Origin: Squalus acanthias
Lineage: Eukaryota
Assembly (NCBI GenBank): GCA_030390025.1
Contig: CM059433.1
Coordinates: 31,808,001 to 31,872,000 of the forward strand
Direction of reading: 5' to 3'
Length of the DNA: 64,000 nucleotides
The number at the start of each line of letters is the position of its first letter. Positions within the stretch are counted from its first letter, which is position 1. The position numbers and the translations under genes are program-made. The notes below the pieces were generated by a model. That model saw only the letters and a program-made list of their open reading frames with translations. It was not told the origin of the DNA and did no database searches. Positions 22,201 through 35,112 of the stretch are shown in pieces.

Positions 22201-24337
22201 GGGGAGGAGTGAAAACTGATGAAGAAAACTGGCAAGGAAAACAAAATTGGGAATCACTATTACTATGGTATTGTAAAACCCCGGTTATCGATGGAACAGT
22301 TCACCATACTTTCAGTTCATCTGCACTTTACTACACGGCCAACTGTTAAATCCACTGGACACCGGACGGCTAATTAGGCCCTAACTAGAAAAGGGAGAGA
22401 GATGCACTGAGACTATTGCTCGAGAAAATCCTTTAGTTTGTTGCTTTATTTTTTGTTTCTGCTATTGTCATAGATATTATGCTGTCATTGACCAATCCAG
22501 CTTTGTATTATAATAACAAGGCAGCACTGAAGTGGTAACTCTGAACAGAAATAATATGCATCTTAATGAAGCCCGAGTTATAATTGCTTAACAAAGAAAG
22601 AACTTACTTTCTGCATCAATTTTACATGTATAACCAGATGCCAAAATGATCAAAGGTTTCTGAGTAGACAGAATTATACACTGGCTTCACTCTGAACAAG
22701 ATTAGTTTGATTTGCGTTTATTCATTAAGCGAACAACCTCTGTAGTAGAACAGAGACACTGAAAGTTATTTCCCAAATTGCCAATGTTTAGTTACCACTA
22801 TAAAATAGATTATAGTTCACAGCAGTAAGAGCTCTTGCTTCGCAATTGGAAGGCGGGTCATGATCTTGACTCTCAGACCTGTCTATCACTTTAATCCACC
22901 AGAATTAGTTGAGGTGACTATCTTCCTTTCCCAGCCGGGTCAGCAGGCAGAACACCCGATGATAATCTGATACCTGTCAGTCTGCTTCCATATATAGTTG
23001 ATCTCCCACAGTGTTACTCATGACAATAAAAACAAAATTGTCTTCAGCCGCTTCTCTGTCACTCTCTCATTCTTTCTATCTTTCTCCATCTATCACCATG
23101 TGCCTCTTCCATATTTCCTCTCGTTCCCACATCTCCATATGTCTCCGACTCACTTTCTCTCTCCCTTCCACTGTCAGTCTCTCCTTTCCTCAGTTTGCCC
23201 TTTCTTCTGTATGTTCTAATTCTCTCTACATGCCTCGGAGATACACTACCCGACTGTTTGATGCTGGATGTGGAGGGGATTGCAAACAGGGAGTCCGAGT
23301 GGTAACTAAATAATGACAATTTGGGAAATATCTTTCAGTGTCTCTGTTGATGGTCATTTTATGTCAAACATTAGGAATACTGGAGCCACTATTTTGAGGG
23401 GGTCAATAGTGGTGTTGTCCCAGCTTAATATATTTCTTGGAAATTGCCATAAAAACCCACACCCTAAGCAGACAGACAGCAAGAGTAGAACTGCTCCCCC
23501 ATGCTACATGCAGAGATTGATTGATTTCTGCACTGTGGCACATCAAGGAATTAGTGAATAAAATATTTATTCATTCACTCGCAGGGGTTGGAAGATGATG
23601 TTGATTTATTTTCCACAAACCTGCATCCATGGCGACCTCTTACAGAAGTCTTTTCATTGGGAATGTGCACCCTTCCCCACTCGCACACCCCAACTGGCAC
23701 TTGACCTTGCAATAGCGTAACCTCAAACTCAATGTGAACATTGCCACGGGAGATCTGCTATCGTGAATTGAAAAGAAAAGGTCTTGAGTTGCCGACTTGT
23801 TAAATTTAAACTGGGTAACAGATTGCAGCAACACTTGACTTTAAACATTCAGCATTAACCAATGATTAATGCTTAACAAATTTGAAATTCCACAGCGAAA
23901 TGTTTATGGTTTCAAAGCACAGTAATAACACAATGAATAATGAATCATTTTAGCTGCAATATCACTAATAATTTATTAGCAATATTCCAGTGCAGCAAAG
24001 ATAGAATTATGACCAATTCACAAATAATTAATAACATTGTACAACACACCATTAATTTGTAATACATGTTGGTTATGAAAGATCTAACAAATATATTCCC
24101 TCATTAAGTGACACTGTCAAACTTACTTCATCTTCGTTCATATGGGATCCCAATAAAGCTATTATTCTGCCAACATCATCATTAAGTAATAAGTGAATGT
24201 AATTAAGACGAAGTAACTTATCTTCATGTACTAAACCATTAACATTCATTGCAACTTAAACATCAATAAAAATCGAATGAATCGGATCAAACTCACTTTA
24301 TAGTGTCAGCATTTCCATTGTGTTCCCCTTTTTACCT

Positions 24338-24495
24338 TGGTCTGTGCCAAGTTAAGCTGATCTTAGCTGCGGCGGGAGTTGAGCTGTTGCAATAGGCCTC
24401 AACGCCCGGGCTTACGAGAGGGAAAATAATCATCACCACCTAGTGACTCCCGCTGAAAGTGCATGTGTGGGAGTCAGATGAGAAGAGAACCAGAG
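24338..24495 (+). mobile_element. LF-SINE-like fragment
   Basis: GGTCTGTGCCAAGTTAAGCTGATCTTAGC...GGCCTCAACGCCC...GCTGAAAGTGCATGTGTGG. Confidence 0.45.
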
Positions 24496-24504
24496 TCTAA
24501 TTCC

Positions 24505-25412
24505 TCCACTTTCAGCATTCCGAAGGGACCGCTCCCTCCGCGACACCCTGGTCCACTCCTCTATCACCCCCAACACCCCTTCCCCTTTGCCCGGCACCTT
24601 CCCGTGCAAGCGCAGGAGATGCAACACATGTCCTTATACCTCCTCCCTTCCCAATGTCCAGGGCCCCAAACACCCCTTCCAGGTGAAACAGCGATTTACT
24701 TGTACTTCTTGCAATTTAGTATACTGTATTCGCTGCTCACGATGTGGTCTCCTCTACATCGGGGAGACCAAACACAGATTGGGTGACCGCTTTGCGGAAC
24801 ACCTCCGTTCAGTCCGTAAGGGGAACCCCGAGCTTCCGATCGCCTGTCACTTTAATTCTCCGCTCCACTCCCACTCAGACCTCACCATCCTCAGCCTCTT
24901 GCATTGTTCCACTGAAGCTCAGCATAAGCTCGAGGAACAGCACCTCATCTTTCGATTAGGCATTTTACAGCCTTCTGGACTCAACATAGAGTTCAACAAT
25001 TTCAGATCATAACCTCGGCCCCTATCCTATATATATTATTTTATCCATACCTTTTGTCTGAGTCTTTTTTTCTTCTCTCCCACATGGCAGCTGTCCTTCC
25101 TTCTGTCAGCGCAATTTACACTTCATCTAGAGCCATCCTTTGTTTCTTAACCTGTCCCATTACCATCTCCTTTTGCCTTGAATATCTCTTAATGTCTCTT
25201 AGCCTCTCCTGCCTTCTATCCTATCACAGACCTTCCCTTTTGTTCTTTCATCCCCTCCCCCCTTTCCCAGCCCCTCCACTTGCTTAAAAACCTGTTCCAT
25301 TTCCTGCTTTTTTCCAGTTCTGATGAAAGGTCATCGACCTGAAACGTTAACTGTTTCTCTCTTCACAGATGCTGCCTGACCTGCTGAGTATCTCCAGCAT
25401 TTTCTGTTTTTA
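24505..25412 (+). mobile_element. Penelope-like element 3' part with GIY-YIG endonuclease
   Basis: PCKRRRCNTCP...FTCTSCNLVYCIRCSRCGLLYIGETKHRLGDRFAEH...HF...EQHLIFRL...GLN (24587-25012), then pyrimidine-rich UTR. Confidence 0.93.
25315..25353 (+). ncRNA. Minimal hammerhead ribozyme in the Penelope 3' terminus
   Basis: cagtt-CTGATGA-a-aggtc(atc)gacct-GAAA-cgtt-aactg: stem I cagtt/aactg, stem II, palindromic AACGTT. Confidence 0.85.
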
Positions 25413-26444
25413 TTTCTAATTCCTCTACTGTTGAAGTTGTTGCAAGTAATCCCGCTAATAAAGCAAATAATGAGGAATCACCGGCACAATTCAGATGTGG
25501 CCCAATCAGCAAAGGGGGCTGTTCAGCACCCATTAAGTGCAGCGACAACCCTGATAATTGTGCTAAAACGATCTGCAGTCACTGAAACAACCACAGAGAG
25601 TTTTTGGACAGGAGGGATTATGGCTATTACCAGCACAAAGAAAGTTGCGTTTACTGACCGCACTGAATGGGTACCTGTGAATGCCAGCAGCAAATATATT
25701 CGGGTCAGAAGGTTACACAACAACCAGGACCCATTGACTCTGAGCTTGGAGGAGGTGGGGCAGCTGTATTGGAAACCACAAGGAGCATCAGAAGGTGCAG
25801 AGGGAATTCAGAGACATCAACAAGGCCACCAAGCTAAGGCCTTGCAATGTAAACTAGTCTACAGCATATTTTGTTCAGCCAATGGTTTAGATGAGTCCTG
25901 TTACTATAGCCACAGCTGTCTGCTTTAAGAAAAAATAGGAAGCTGTCATCTCAAAGGCATGCCAACTAAAGCAGATGCATTCAGCATTGATGGGATCTAT
26001 AGCATGGAATAACAGAGTACTCGGTGCATATGTAGGAAGATAATGTCATGATAAAATCAATGAAGGCCAGCTAACCTTTTCATTCCCATGTGGCATGTTG
26101 GTAATTATAAGTGGAAAAAAAACCCATGTGATCACTTCCAGGATAGTTAGGCCAAGCGGCAAATATATGCAAAATGGAATCTGCGTACCACATTATGCAT
26201 TATAGTTATCCTGCTGTCATTCTGCTTGTAGCAGGTGCACATTTCACATTAGATCACAGCACAAGCAGCAACCAGTAGTGGCTGTCTGCTTGTGATATTA
26301 CTGGGTAGAGTGTATGATTGACTTTATTGGAGCTGCAATATTGATTAGATATAGCCTCTGACTCTACAGGGGCAGAATCTGCACCTACTCTGATTTTGTA
26401 TGCCACTAGTATCTGATAAGAAGACACTCAATTTACAGTAACAG

Positions 26445-26800
26445 CTTGCATTATATAACGCCTTTAACATCGTAAAACATCCCGAGGCACTTCACAGCAG
26501 TGTTATCAAAATAACTTTGACACCGAGCTACATAAGGAGATATTAGGACAGGTGACCAAAAGCTTTGTCAAAGTGGTAGGTTTTAAGGAGTGTCTTAAAG
26601 GAGGAGAGAGAGGAGGAGAGGTTATGGGTGGGAATTCCAGAGCTTAGGGCCCAGGCAGCTGAAGGCAGGGCCGCCAATGGTGACGTGATGAAAATCAGGG
26701 ATATGCAAGGGACCAGAATTGGAGTAGCACGGAGATCTCGGAGGGTTGTAGGGCTGGTGGATGCTACAGAGATAGGGAGGGATTTGAAAACAAGGAGGTA
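26445..26800 (-). mobile_element. L2 3' fragment
   Basis: Homologous to 841-1245; 'IGGPAFSCLGPKLWNS'. Confidence 0.8.
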
Positions 26801-28984
26801 CTGCTATGACCACAACTGCTTAGCATCATGTATGCTACAGCTTATTCCCCTCCCCCCCCCACCCCCTTATTTTGTCTCAACAGATTAGTGTCCTGGGGGC
26901 ATAAGGAGATCAGGGGTGGCCAGGCGAGCACGTCCAATGACCAACAGTCACCTTCACAGAGCATTTCTCATTTGCCGAGGAGCCCAAGCACATTCCTTTC
27001 TCAGCAAAAGCACATTTCACTCAGAGATAGTTGCACACCAAAAGATCAGAGGGTGAATCCTGGCAGGTCTACAGAGGAGGCAGCTCACTAAGTGCAGAGT
27101 TACAATTACCTGCTGCCACTCCTGTGTTGTTTAGGCACAGAGACCGCAGTGTGCAGATTCCTTGGAACAGAGGATGCGTAAAGATACCACAGGCCACCTG
27201 GCTCCATGGAGCACAGTTTGACTACAAGTCTAAGTGCTCTACATGAGTGCATTATCCAGATGTCCAGGAAACAGGCCAACTTGTTTGAACATTGGAGCAG
27301 GAACTCTCCCAGATGCACATTGCAAGAGCAATTCTGTGGGCATAGCCACAGCTTGTGCAAGCTTAATGACTGCACACACACACACTGCTCTGGATGCAGT
27401 GGATGTCAGACTGCAAGAGACAGTTCAGGCCAGCTTTGATTCTTTGGGAGCAGGGGGATTCAGGGAGAGAAATGCAGTCCCTTGTGCAGCCACTGAGTTC
27501 TAAGTCAGTGTCTGGTTGGCATAACTCTGAACATGTGCACAAAGGAGCAATGGCATCCATCCAGTCCTTGAATTGGTACATGGTGTTCTGGATTGTTTGC
27601 ATCCAGAAGCAGCAGGCTTTCTTCATCCAACAACCCCACAGGCTGCAGCAAGTATGGCAATGTCTGCAGATATATATTTTGGGCTGGATGACTCTTAGAG
27701 GCAGAGATAGAGGAAAATGCAAGGAGTGCAGGCCGCAGAAGATGAGCATAAGGTGACTCATCATGTTATACGCATTGTACCTTAAGCACTCGGCATCTTC
27801 CATTAACACAATTAAGCAACTGCACTTCCTCTATAGTTACCACTATAAAACACTTAGCATAGTGAGTGCACATGTTAATTCGTATGAACAGCAGGACGGC
27901 TTAGCGTTAGATGTTACAAACAAGCAGGAGACAACACGATCAATACATTCCACAGAATTATTGGCTTCTATTATTGGAAAACAGCAGGCAACCATCAGTT
28001 CCAGCGAGGGTCCATACCTTTTCTGTAAGCTGTAGGGCAGCCTCAGCATTACAAAGAACAAATCTTGCTGGAAAAATAGTGTGTGTTAACGACACATGCC
28101 ATTATTAATGTGCAAATCAGCCAGCAAGTCCAGGGGATTAAGAGATATGCAGTGAGTTGTGAACCTCCAGAACTTTCTGGTCGATTTACGCCACTCCACG
28201 GTTTGCTTCGCACAAACAGCATCTCCCTCTTAACCTCCCCGTTATTTATAAGAACTTGCTGGATTAGCACATTAATTGGCCATTAAACTCACCGCAGAAA
28301 GCCAAGTCTAGTAATTAATAACATAAGTACCTTTTTAACAATGTGATGATTCTTAATGACTGCTAATCAACCTCTCTGGCCCAGAAAGGGAACAATTTAA
28401 ACTGTTGAGTCTCATTCCTTCAGGTAGTGAATTGTTGTTGGAGATTTTTAAAAAGTCAAATTTTACATTTTAAAATTTATTTTCTTACTTTTCCTTTCTG
28501 TCTCTTTTTTCTCTCTCAATCCAATCTCTCTCTTAATCCAATCTTTCTTTCTATACTTGATTTGACTCTAATTCACCCTGCGTGTCATCCATGTACATGT
28601 GGAATCTGACGTTAATACAGGACTAGAAAAGGGTCTGAAGGCCATCTGGCCTATCCCAACAACTAATACCTCTGAATTGACCACTCCCTCAAATATTGAT
28701 TCAATCCTCCCTTGAAAGTTTTGTAAGCTTTAACTCCAGTTTGGAACGATAGAGAAATCAAACATTTATCTGCAGCGACAATTTCAGCTGAGACCTTAAC
28801 ATTTGATGTTCACCACCAAGTTTAGCCTACGCATAGGCTCAGAGAGCCCATAGCAACAATGGATGCTTGGCCAAAAACCCAGCAGAGAAACGACCCCCAG
28901 GGTTGGCAGTGATGCTCTCTTCAAGTTAATGATTGCAGGGACAATTTTACAAAATCAGACTCCCGGCACCAGCCAAGAATAATT

Positions 28985-29260
28985 TTTGTTAATTTATTCT
29001 CAGGATGTGGGCAGCGCCGGTAAGGCCAGCATTTATTGCCCATCCCTAGTTGCCTTGATACAACTGAATGGCTCACTAGGCCACTTCAGAGAGCAGTTAA
29101 GAGTCAACCTCATTGGTGTGAGACTGGAGTCAAATATAGGCCAGGCTGGGTAAGGACAGGCAGGTTTCCTTCCCTAAAGGACATTAGTGAACCAGTCGGG
29201 TTTTTACAACCATCTGACAGCTTCATGGTCAGTTTTACTGACACCAGCTTTTTATTAGAT
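28985..29260 (-). mobile_element. SINE fragment (core plus LINE-derived tail) of the tRNA-headed family
   Basis: Reverse complement matches the core at ~35245-35320 and the tail at ~36750-36815. Confidence 0.7.
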
Positions 29261-29667
29261 TTACAGATCCATAACGGGAATTTGGGTAAGTACGGCCTCA
29301 TGGATTTGTGTCCATTTGTGTTACAAGTGTATGCTGAAAATGTCAAATGGTTTTTTGCCAACCAACGTTAAAGTAAACCCATGACAGATATTGGCAGAAA
29401 GCTACTGCACCATTTTTCAAATCACCATCTGGGAAGAGTTCCCTCGGCTGTTGAAAATGGAGTGACATTGCATTTTTCTGTCATGAAGTAGCAGCTTGCT
29501 TCCAGCGTACGGTTGGCCAACCTATAAGATTGTCCTAGAGTTTCCAGGAATTGAAGAGTAATCTCCTCGATGCTGTTGCAAGCAACGACGGAGAAAAATC
29601 ATAGGGGCATTAATTTCTTCTTCAATTCTTTTGAATACTTCTGTTTATTAGTTCCAAAAATATAGAC

Positions 29668-29835
29668 TCATAGAATCATAAAATGATTACAGCACAGAAA
29701 GAGCCATTTGGCCCGTCTAGCCCGTGCCGTCTCTCTGCAAGAGCACTTCAGCTAGTCCCACTCCCCCGCCTTTTCCCTGTAGCCCTGCAATTTTTTTTCC
29801 TTCAGGTACTTATCCAACTCCCTTTTGAAAGGCAC
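29668..29835 (-). mobile_element. CR1 3' tail
   Basis: CATAGAATCATA terminal repeat; similar to 10390-10550. Confidence 0.75.
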
Positions 29836-30559
29836 GATATTAAAGATGGGGAAAAAAAGGAACATCCAATCAAGTAACTAAGTTTGCCTTTCAATTCACA
29901 TAGGAAGGCAGTACCTGTGAGGATTGCCATGTCGGGTGACCACTGGCAAGAATATTAGGGTGGAGCAGTTGGAGGCGGGAGGTCATGTGATGAATCCTCC
30001 AGGAGTTGGCAGCCCAATTCCAGCATGGTAGTTGCGTACTATTTTGGAGAGCAAGGAGGGGGTGAGGGGGAGGATTTAATTTTTGCACATTTGTATCTGT
30101 GCACGATGCAGAGGGGATCAGACAAAGTCGAAGGCAAAACGCGACGACAAGCGTCCGATGTGCTGCAGCTATGGGCTCTCTGAGCCTCTGCATAGGCTAA
30201 TTGAGGCGGTTTTTACTGAAATGGTGGGAGGCTCCCCAGAATGCGGCTGGAGCACCAGAGCATTGTGCCAGTTGCTCTGTGCCCATTGCCAGGGAGCGCC
30301 ACAGTGGTCTGGAAATTCTGTTTGCTCGGGCAGGCCTGGCCTTCAAATAAAGGCCGGCAATATACCCGAGGCAGACAGATTTGGGCTTCAAGAAGTCACA
30401 TTCACCCTATGCACCAAAATGTAATTTGCTCCTCTTTCCTCCACACCTCCTCCCACCCCAGAAAGGGAAGGGTGTCTTCAAAGAGTCAATAGCTCTTGAT
30501 GAGATGCTGCCAATGGATATTTTAACCCTACAAACTTGGCACTCACCCAGCATGATTTG

Positions 30560-30970
30560 CATAGAATTACATAGAACTTACAACACAGTGGCAGACCATT
30601 CGGCCCAACTGGTCCATGCCAGTGCTTATGCTCCACATGAGTCTCCTCCCACCCCTCTTCATCTAACCCTATCAGCATATCCTTCTATTCCTTTCTCCCT
30701 CATGTACTCATCTACCTTCCCCTTAAATGCATCTATGCTCGTCACCTCAACTACTCCATGTGGTAGCAAGTTCCACATTCTAACCACTCTCTGGATAAAG
30801 AAGTTCCTCCTGATTTCCCAATCGCATTACTGGTGACTATCTTATATTTATGACCCTAGATTTGGTCTCCCCCACAAGTGGAAACATCTTCTCTATGTCT
30901 ACCCTATCAAACCCTTTCATAATCTTAAAGACCTCTGTCAGGTCATTGCTCAGCCTTCTCTTTCCGAGAG
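30560..30970 (-). mobile_element. CR1 3' fragment
   Basis: Colinear with 41185-41600. Confidence 0.8.
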
Positions 30971-31432
30971 ATTTAATTGCAATACAAATCAAGTCCTAAC
31001 TGACCAGTGACACCATCCCCAATTACGGCCAATGGATGATACACAAGGCCCATGCCGCACTATTTGACCCCGTATACTTAAAAACGTACTGCAATGTAGA
31101 TACAGACAAGTAGACACAGATGCGTGCACATAACAAAGAGTAACCCTGCACACCAATTGTGGGATCAACTAGCAGCAGTGTAAGGGTGGCTGACTGATGG
31201 AGTAATCTGGATGAGGTCAGTTGCGGAAAATTCATGTTCACAAGACTTCATTATTAATAATTCACATGTTCAAAACATTGGTGACAAAATCTAGACTATA
31301 GCCTTCAAACTTTTTTGTTCACCACAACTGTCATTGTTTTCTGACATTTATTTATTTATTAAAAACAGGCTTGTTTTGTTCACTATTTCACACAGCACAA
31401 GATAGCACTTACAAATATTTATTAAAGGTTGT

Positions 31433-33350
31433 GGGGGAGAAATTCATTATAGCCCAGGAGTGGGCGCTAACTTTGGAAAAGTTTGAGATTTAGCGGCAGG
31501 CGCTAATGAATCTCGCTGCACGCAAAATTCATTGTCATCGCTCAAAGAAAGAATGGGAGCACTAAATCAAGTGCTAACAGCCTAGCTCAGTGGCGTTACA
31601 CTCAAAGCGCTGACCAATATCAGGTGCAGTCTAATAAGTCATCACTGTCACAGGCTCTTTCCAGTTCTTAAAGGGGAGGTTCATTGATGCTGCAGAAGCT
31701 CATTCTCAGCATTGCTGCCTGTGAACCTGTGTCAGCAAACAGGAGCAGGCCAAGTCCAAGGAGCCGGACGACTCAACCAGCTGTACTCATGGCAGATCCA
31801 CACCCCAGGGAGAGAGCCCGCAGATTTTTGGACCAAGCATTGGAAGAATTGGTATCCGCTGTGGAGAGACGGAGGGCGGTGCTCTACCCGACAAGTGGCA
31901 GGAGGTGCTCGCCGCAAGTCTTCCGCACCATGTGGAGGGAGGTTGCCCAGCATGTCTCGGGCAGCACTGTGATCCCCAGGACCCACACACAGTGCAGGAA
32001 GAAATTTAACAACCTTACTCAGGTGGTCAGGGTGAGTCAATGCCTCAATAAATGCTACATACCACCATCTGAACCTCAGTCTGCAGACACTGGCCAAAGC
32101 ATCACACCCCCATCACTCACCCACCAACAATCTCTACCTACCAACACTCACACCCACATCTCACACCGTGCACACAATGACAGCTATTCAACTATGGCAG
32201 GCACATCACCCAAACACATTGCTCCACACTCACTCACACACTTTCCTTTCTCTTGAAGGCTAAGGTGACTCACAACAGGAGGGAGCAGGAGCGCACAGGT
32301 GGGGGACAACCCGACACCCAACCACAGTCTGTGCTGGAAAATAGAGTGCTGGAGATTATTGGGCGCCAGGTGGTGGGCGCCATGGCCACCGGCGACATTG
32401 ACCCCCTTGGGGACAACGACGGTATGTTCATCCCTACTTCTTCTTCTCACATCCCACTTCCCCCTCACCCCACAAGCATTTTGCGCTTTCCAGCTAATCA
32501 TGCTGTATGCATGCATTTCACCCTTGAGGGCAACGGTGACCTTGACTGCCACTGAGAGAGCCGTCCTCACCCTGACCTGAGGCTCGAGGTCTGGTTACAG
32601 GAGGTGGCAGAGTTCTGTGACCACCTCCTTGCTGAAGCAAAGTCTTCTAAGTCACTTCTCCTGGCTTAATTGAAGGTAGGAGAATTACTGTCGGAAGACT
32701 CTCGGAGGGTAAGGCCTCCTGTTGAGAGCCCTGATGGCCCTCCTCCTCACTCTGGCCACATGTTCCAATCTTTCTCGCTGCCTGCGCACCCTCCGCAGTA
32801 GATCCTGGAGGGTGAGGTCGACTGCCAGTACAGTCCACATTAATGTAAGGAAATGCAGCACTTTGATATTTTGTGAGAATAAATGTAACTAACTTTTAGA
32901 AGCAGCAACACTCCAGAGACTAAAAAACCTTTCAATGACTGAATTCAACTCTTGAATTATCTCAAACTGACAAGGAAGCAGTGAAACACCACTAACCTGA
33001 CAGCTGCAACTCATTACTAATGATCCCTTTAAATAGTGCCCCTGGAACCGGCATCCGCCTGCTTGACGTCTCCTCTCTCTGTCGCTATCAGGACCAGGCG
33101 CTAATGCAGGGGGTGATACTCAATTTGGCAGATCGGGCGCCCAGTGAGTGTCGCACGCTCGCTGACGTCACGATCTGCCTGGCGCTGAAGTCCCCAGCGC
33201 TAACTCATAGCGGCGGTGCTACGGGGGGGGGGGGGCCGAATTTGGCATGCAGCGCTGGATTTGCCTTGCCGCGGCGCTACTGCCTCAGCACCCAGTTAGC
33301 GCCCCCTCCAGGTGCTAACTGGAGGCGCTAAGGTACCAAATTTCTCCCCC
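31433..33350. mobile_element. Internally deleted Harbinger transposon
   Basis: TIR GGGGGAGAAATT / AATTTCTCCCCC, TSD TGT; Myb exons on +; transposase N-terminus on minus at ~32520-32840 (RRPYPPRVF...FSKEVVTELCHLL...LSVAVKVTVAL). Confidence 0.92.
31789..32421 (+). pseudogene. Harbinger Myb/SANT-like protein exons 1-2 (31789-32031, 32259-32421); exon 3 lost
   Basis: RARRFLDQALEELV...W..VA...RTHTQCRKKFNNL |gtgagt...gaag| AKVTHNRREQERTGGG. Confidence 0.85.
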
Positions 33351-35112
33351 TGTGTGTTTTCTGTATTCACGGCTGAAGCTATGTTAAAATAGGAGGTGCT
33401 TCTTTATCAGCCAATAATTTCTTTATCCAAATTCTTGTTTCCTCTAAGAATCTCTAGTAATATTAGCTTGATTTGTATCAGCTGTATCCCTTCTGAAAAT
33501 GAGAAACACATTATATTCTAGTCCCTTTCCAGCACTATATAATGTCGACATTGCATAATATGAGCGTCAATCTTATCTTTATTTTCCCAATGCTTTCCCA
33601 TCTCAGAGGTCATACACTTAATAGATGCTACAGACCGAACTTGCAATGCAGTAACAGTCTTTGTACTGTGCCCTGTGGAGACATCCTGACCTTTAGTTCC
33701 ATGCTGGAAATTATTCTAATAATAAAACTTCGATGCAAATGTTGTATCATTTGTATTAAAACTTTAGCAAGGGCAAGGAAAAGGTGAAAGTGAGGCGAGT
33801 GGCTACTGGCAATGCTACCAAGCTACAGATGGCAAAGATAAGTGGGATAATGTGATATTGGGCTGTGTCTGTGACTTAACGGAATCAATCATTACCTTAA
33901 CATAACATTAATCAATGTACTTGGTGTATGGCTGGATGAAAAACTTCTTTGCACTGTGCAACACATTATCATGCACTTGAAATCACACTTTTTATGCTGT
34001 GCCTTCAACTTCTACTAGGCACCACAGCCAAGCACCCAGAGGAAGGAAGACGGTTGTGATTAAGGTTCATAATGGCAGCAATTTAATCCTTGTGTTTGGA
34101 TGATACATTTGCTATCAGGTTGGACTTCCGGTGGAAATAGTCGGCCGAGTCCTGGGACCGTACTCATTTATGGAATGTTATTACATTAAACCCCATTCAA
34201 TGGGATCAACAATATGCCATTGAACTGTGTGCATTACAATCACACATGTCGGGCTACAACAGTAATTTCTGAACAAATCTGGTTGCCGTTGTGCATCTTG
34301 GCAACAGCTTCCTCACACTTTCCTTAGTGAGCGCCAGGTCTGGAGTTACTAACTCATGGAATTAATCTTTCATTCCCAAAATGAATCCCAATGCTGAGTC
34401 CTAATTATACTTTAACAAGGTTTTAACAAAGTTTAATGCTACTTTTTCTTTTAGCACATTTATGTTAATGGATTCAGAGCAGTTTGTGGGTAACCGAGGA
34501 TAACTCAGCATAAAAATAAAAATAAGAAGGCTCCGTTCAGTGGCATTACACTTTGTGATTTCCCCAGTGCTATAACAATTCCTCTCTACTCATGACAATT
34601 AGTACTGACTGGAAATTAAAGAATGATATTTGCACCATGAAACTGTGTTACATGATCTTACAATAAACATAATGAACAAATACTTCCAATACAATGTCCA
34701 TTCTTCATATACTAGTAAATCTAGTTACTGGGAAGCGATTTACATAGTGGCCAGTAAGAGACATAGGCCGGAATTTTCTGGGGTAAGTGGGGGCGCGATC
34801 GGAGGCAGGTCAGGTGGGAAATTTGAAAAAAGTTGCAGCGGGTCAGGAACCCGCTGTCATCCTGCCCCCACGCGCCTTTCCCTCGGGCATGTTTACCGGT
34901 GCGGCAGCGACCCAACCAGCAGAGGCGGGCAACCTAATTTAAATCATTATTAGGTACTTGTCAGACCCTTAAGAGCCTTTTTCAGCCTGCCTTTCGAATT
35001 TCCCTGGCTGCCGATGGGATTCACGAAGCTCAGGAACCACATCTGTCAGCTTGAGGCAGGAGTTGAGTAGCCATTGCTCCAGCTGATTAGGTGACAGCAT
35101 GAAATGTATATC

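Noticed and set aside
23621..23754. Faint resemblance of the candidate exon peptide to a GAIN/GPS motif
   Set aside because: Conserved Cys/Trp spacing and the HL(T/S) site are absent; similarity is too weak by eye.
25420..28610. Possible very old Harbinger-like remnants
   Set aside because: Too degenerate to define TIRs, TSD or protein motifs by eye.
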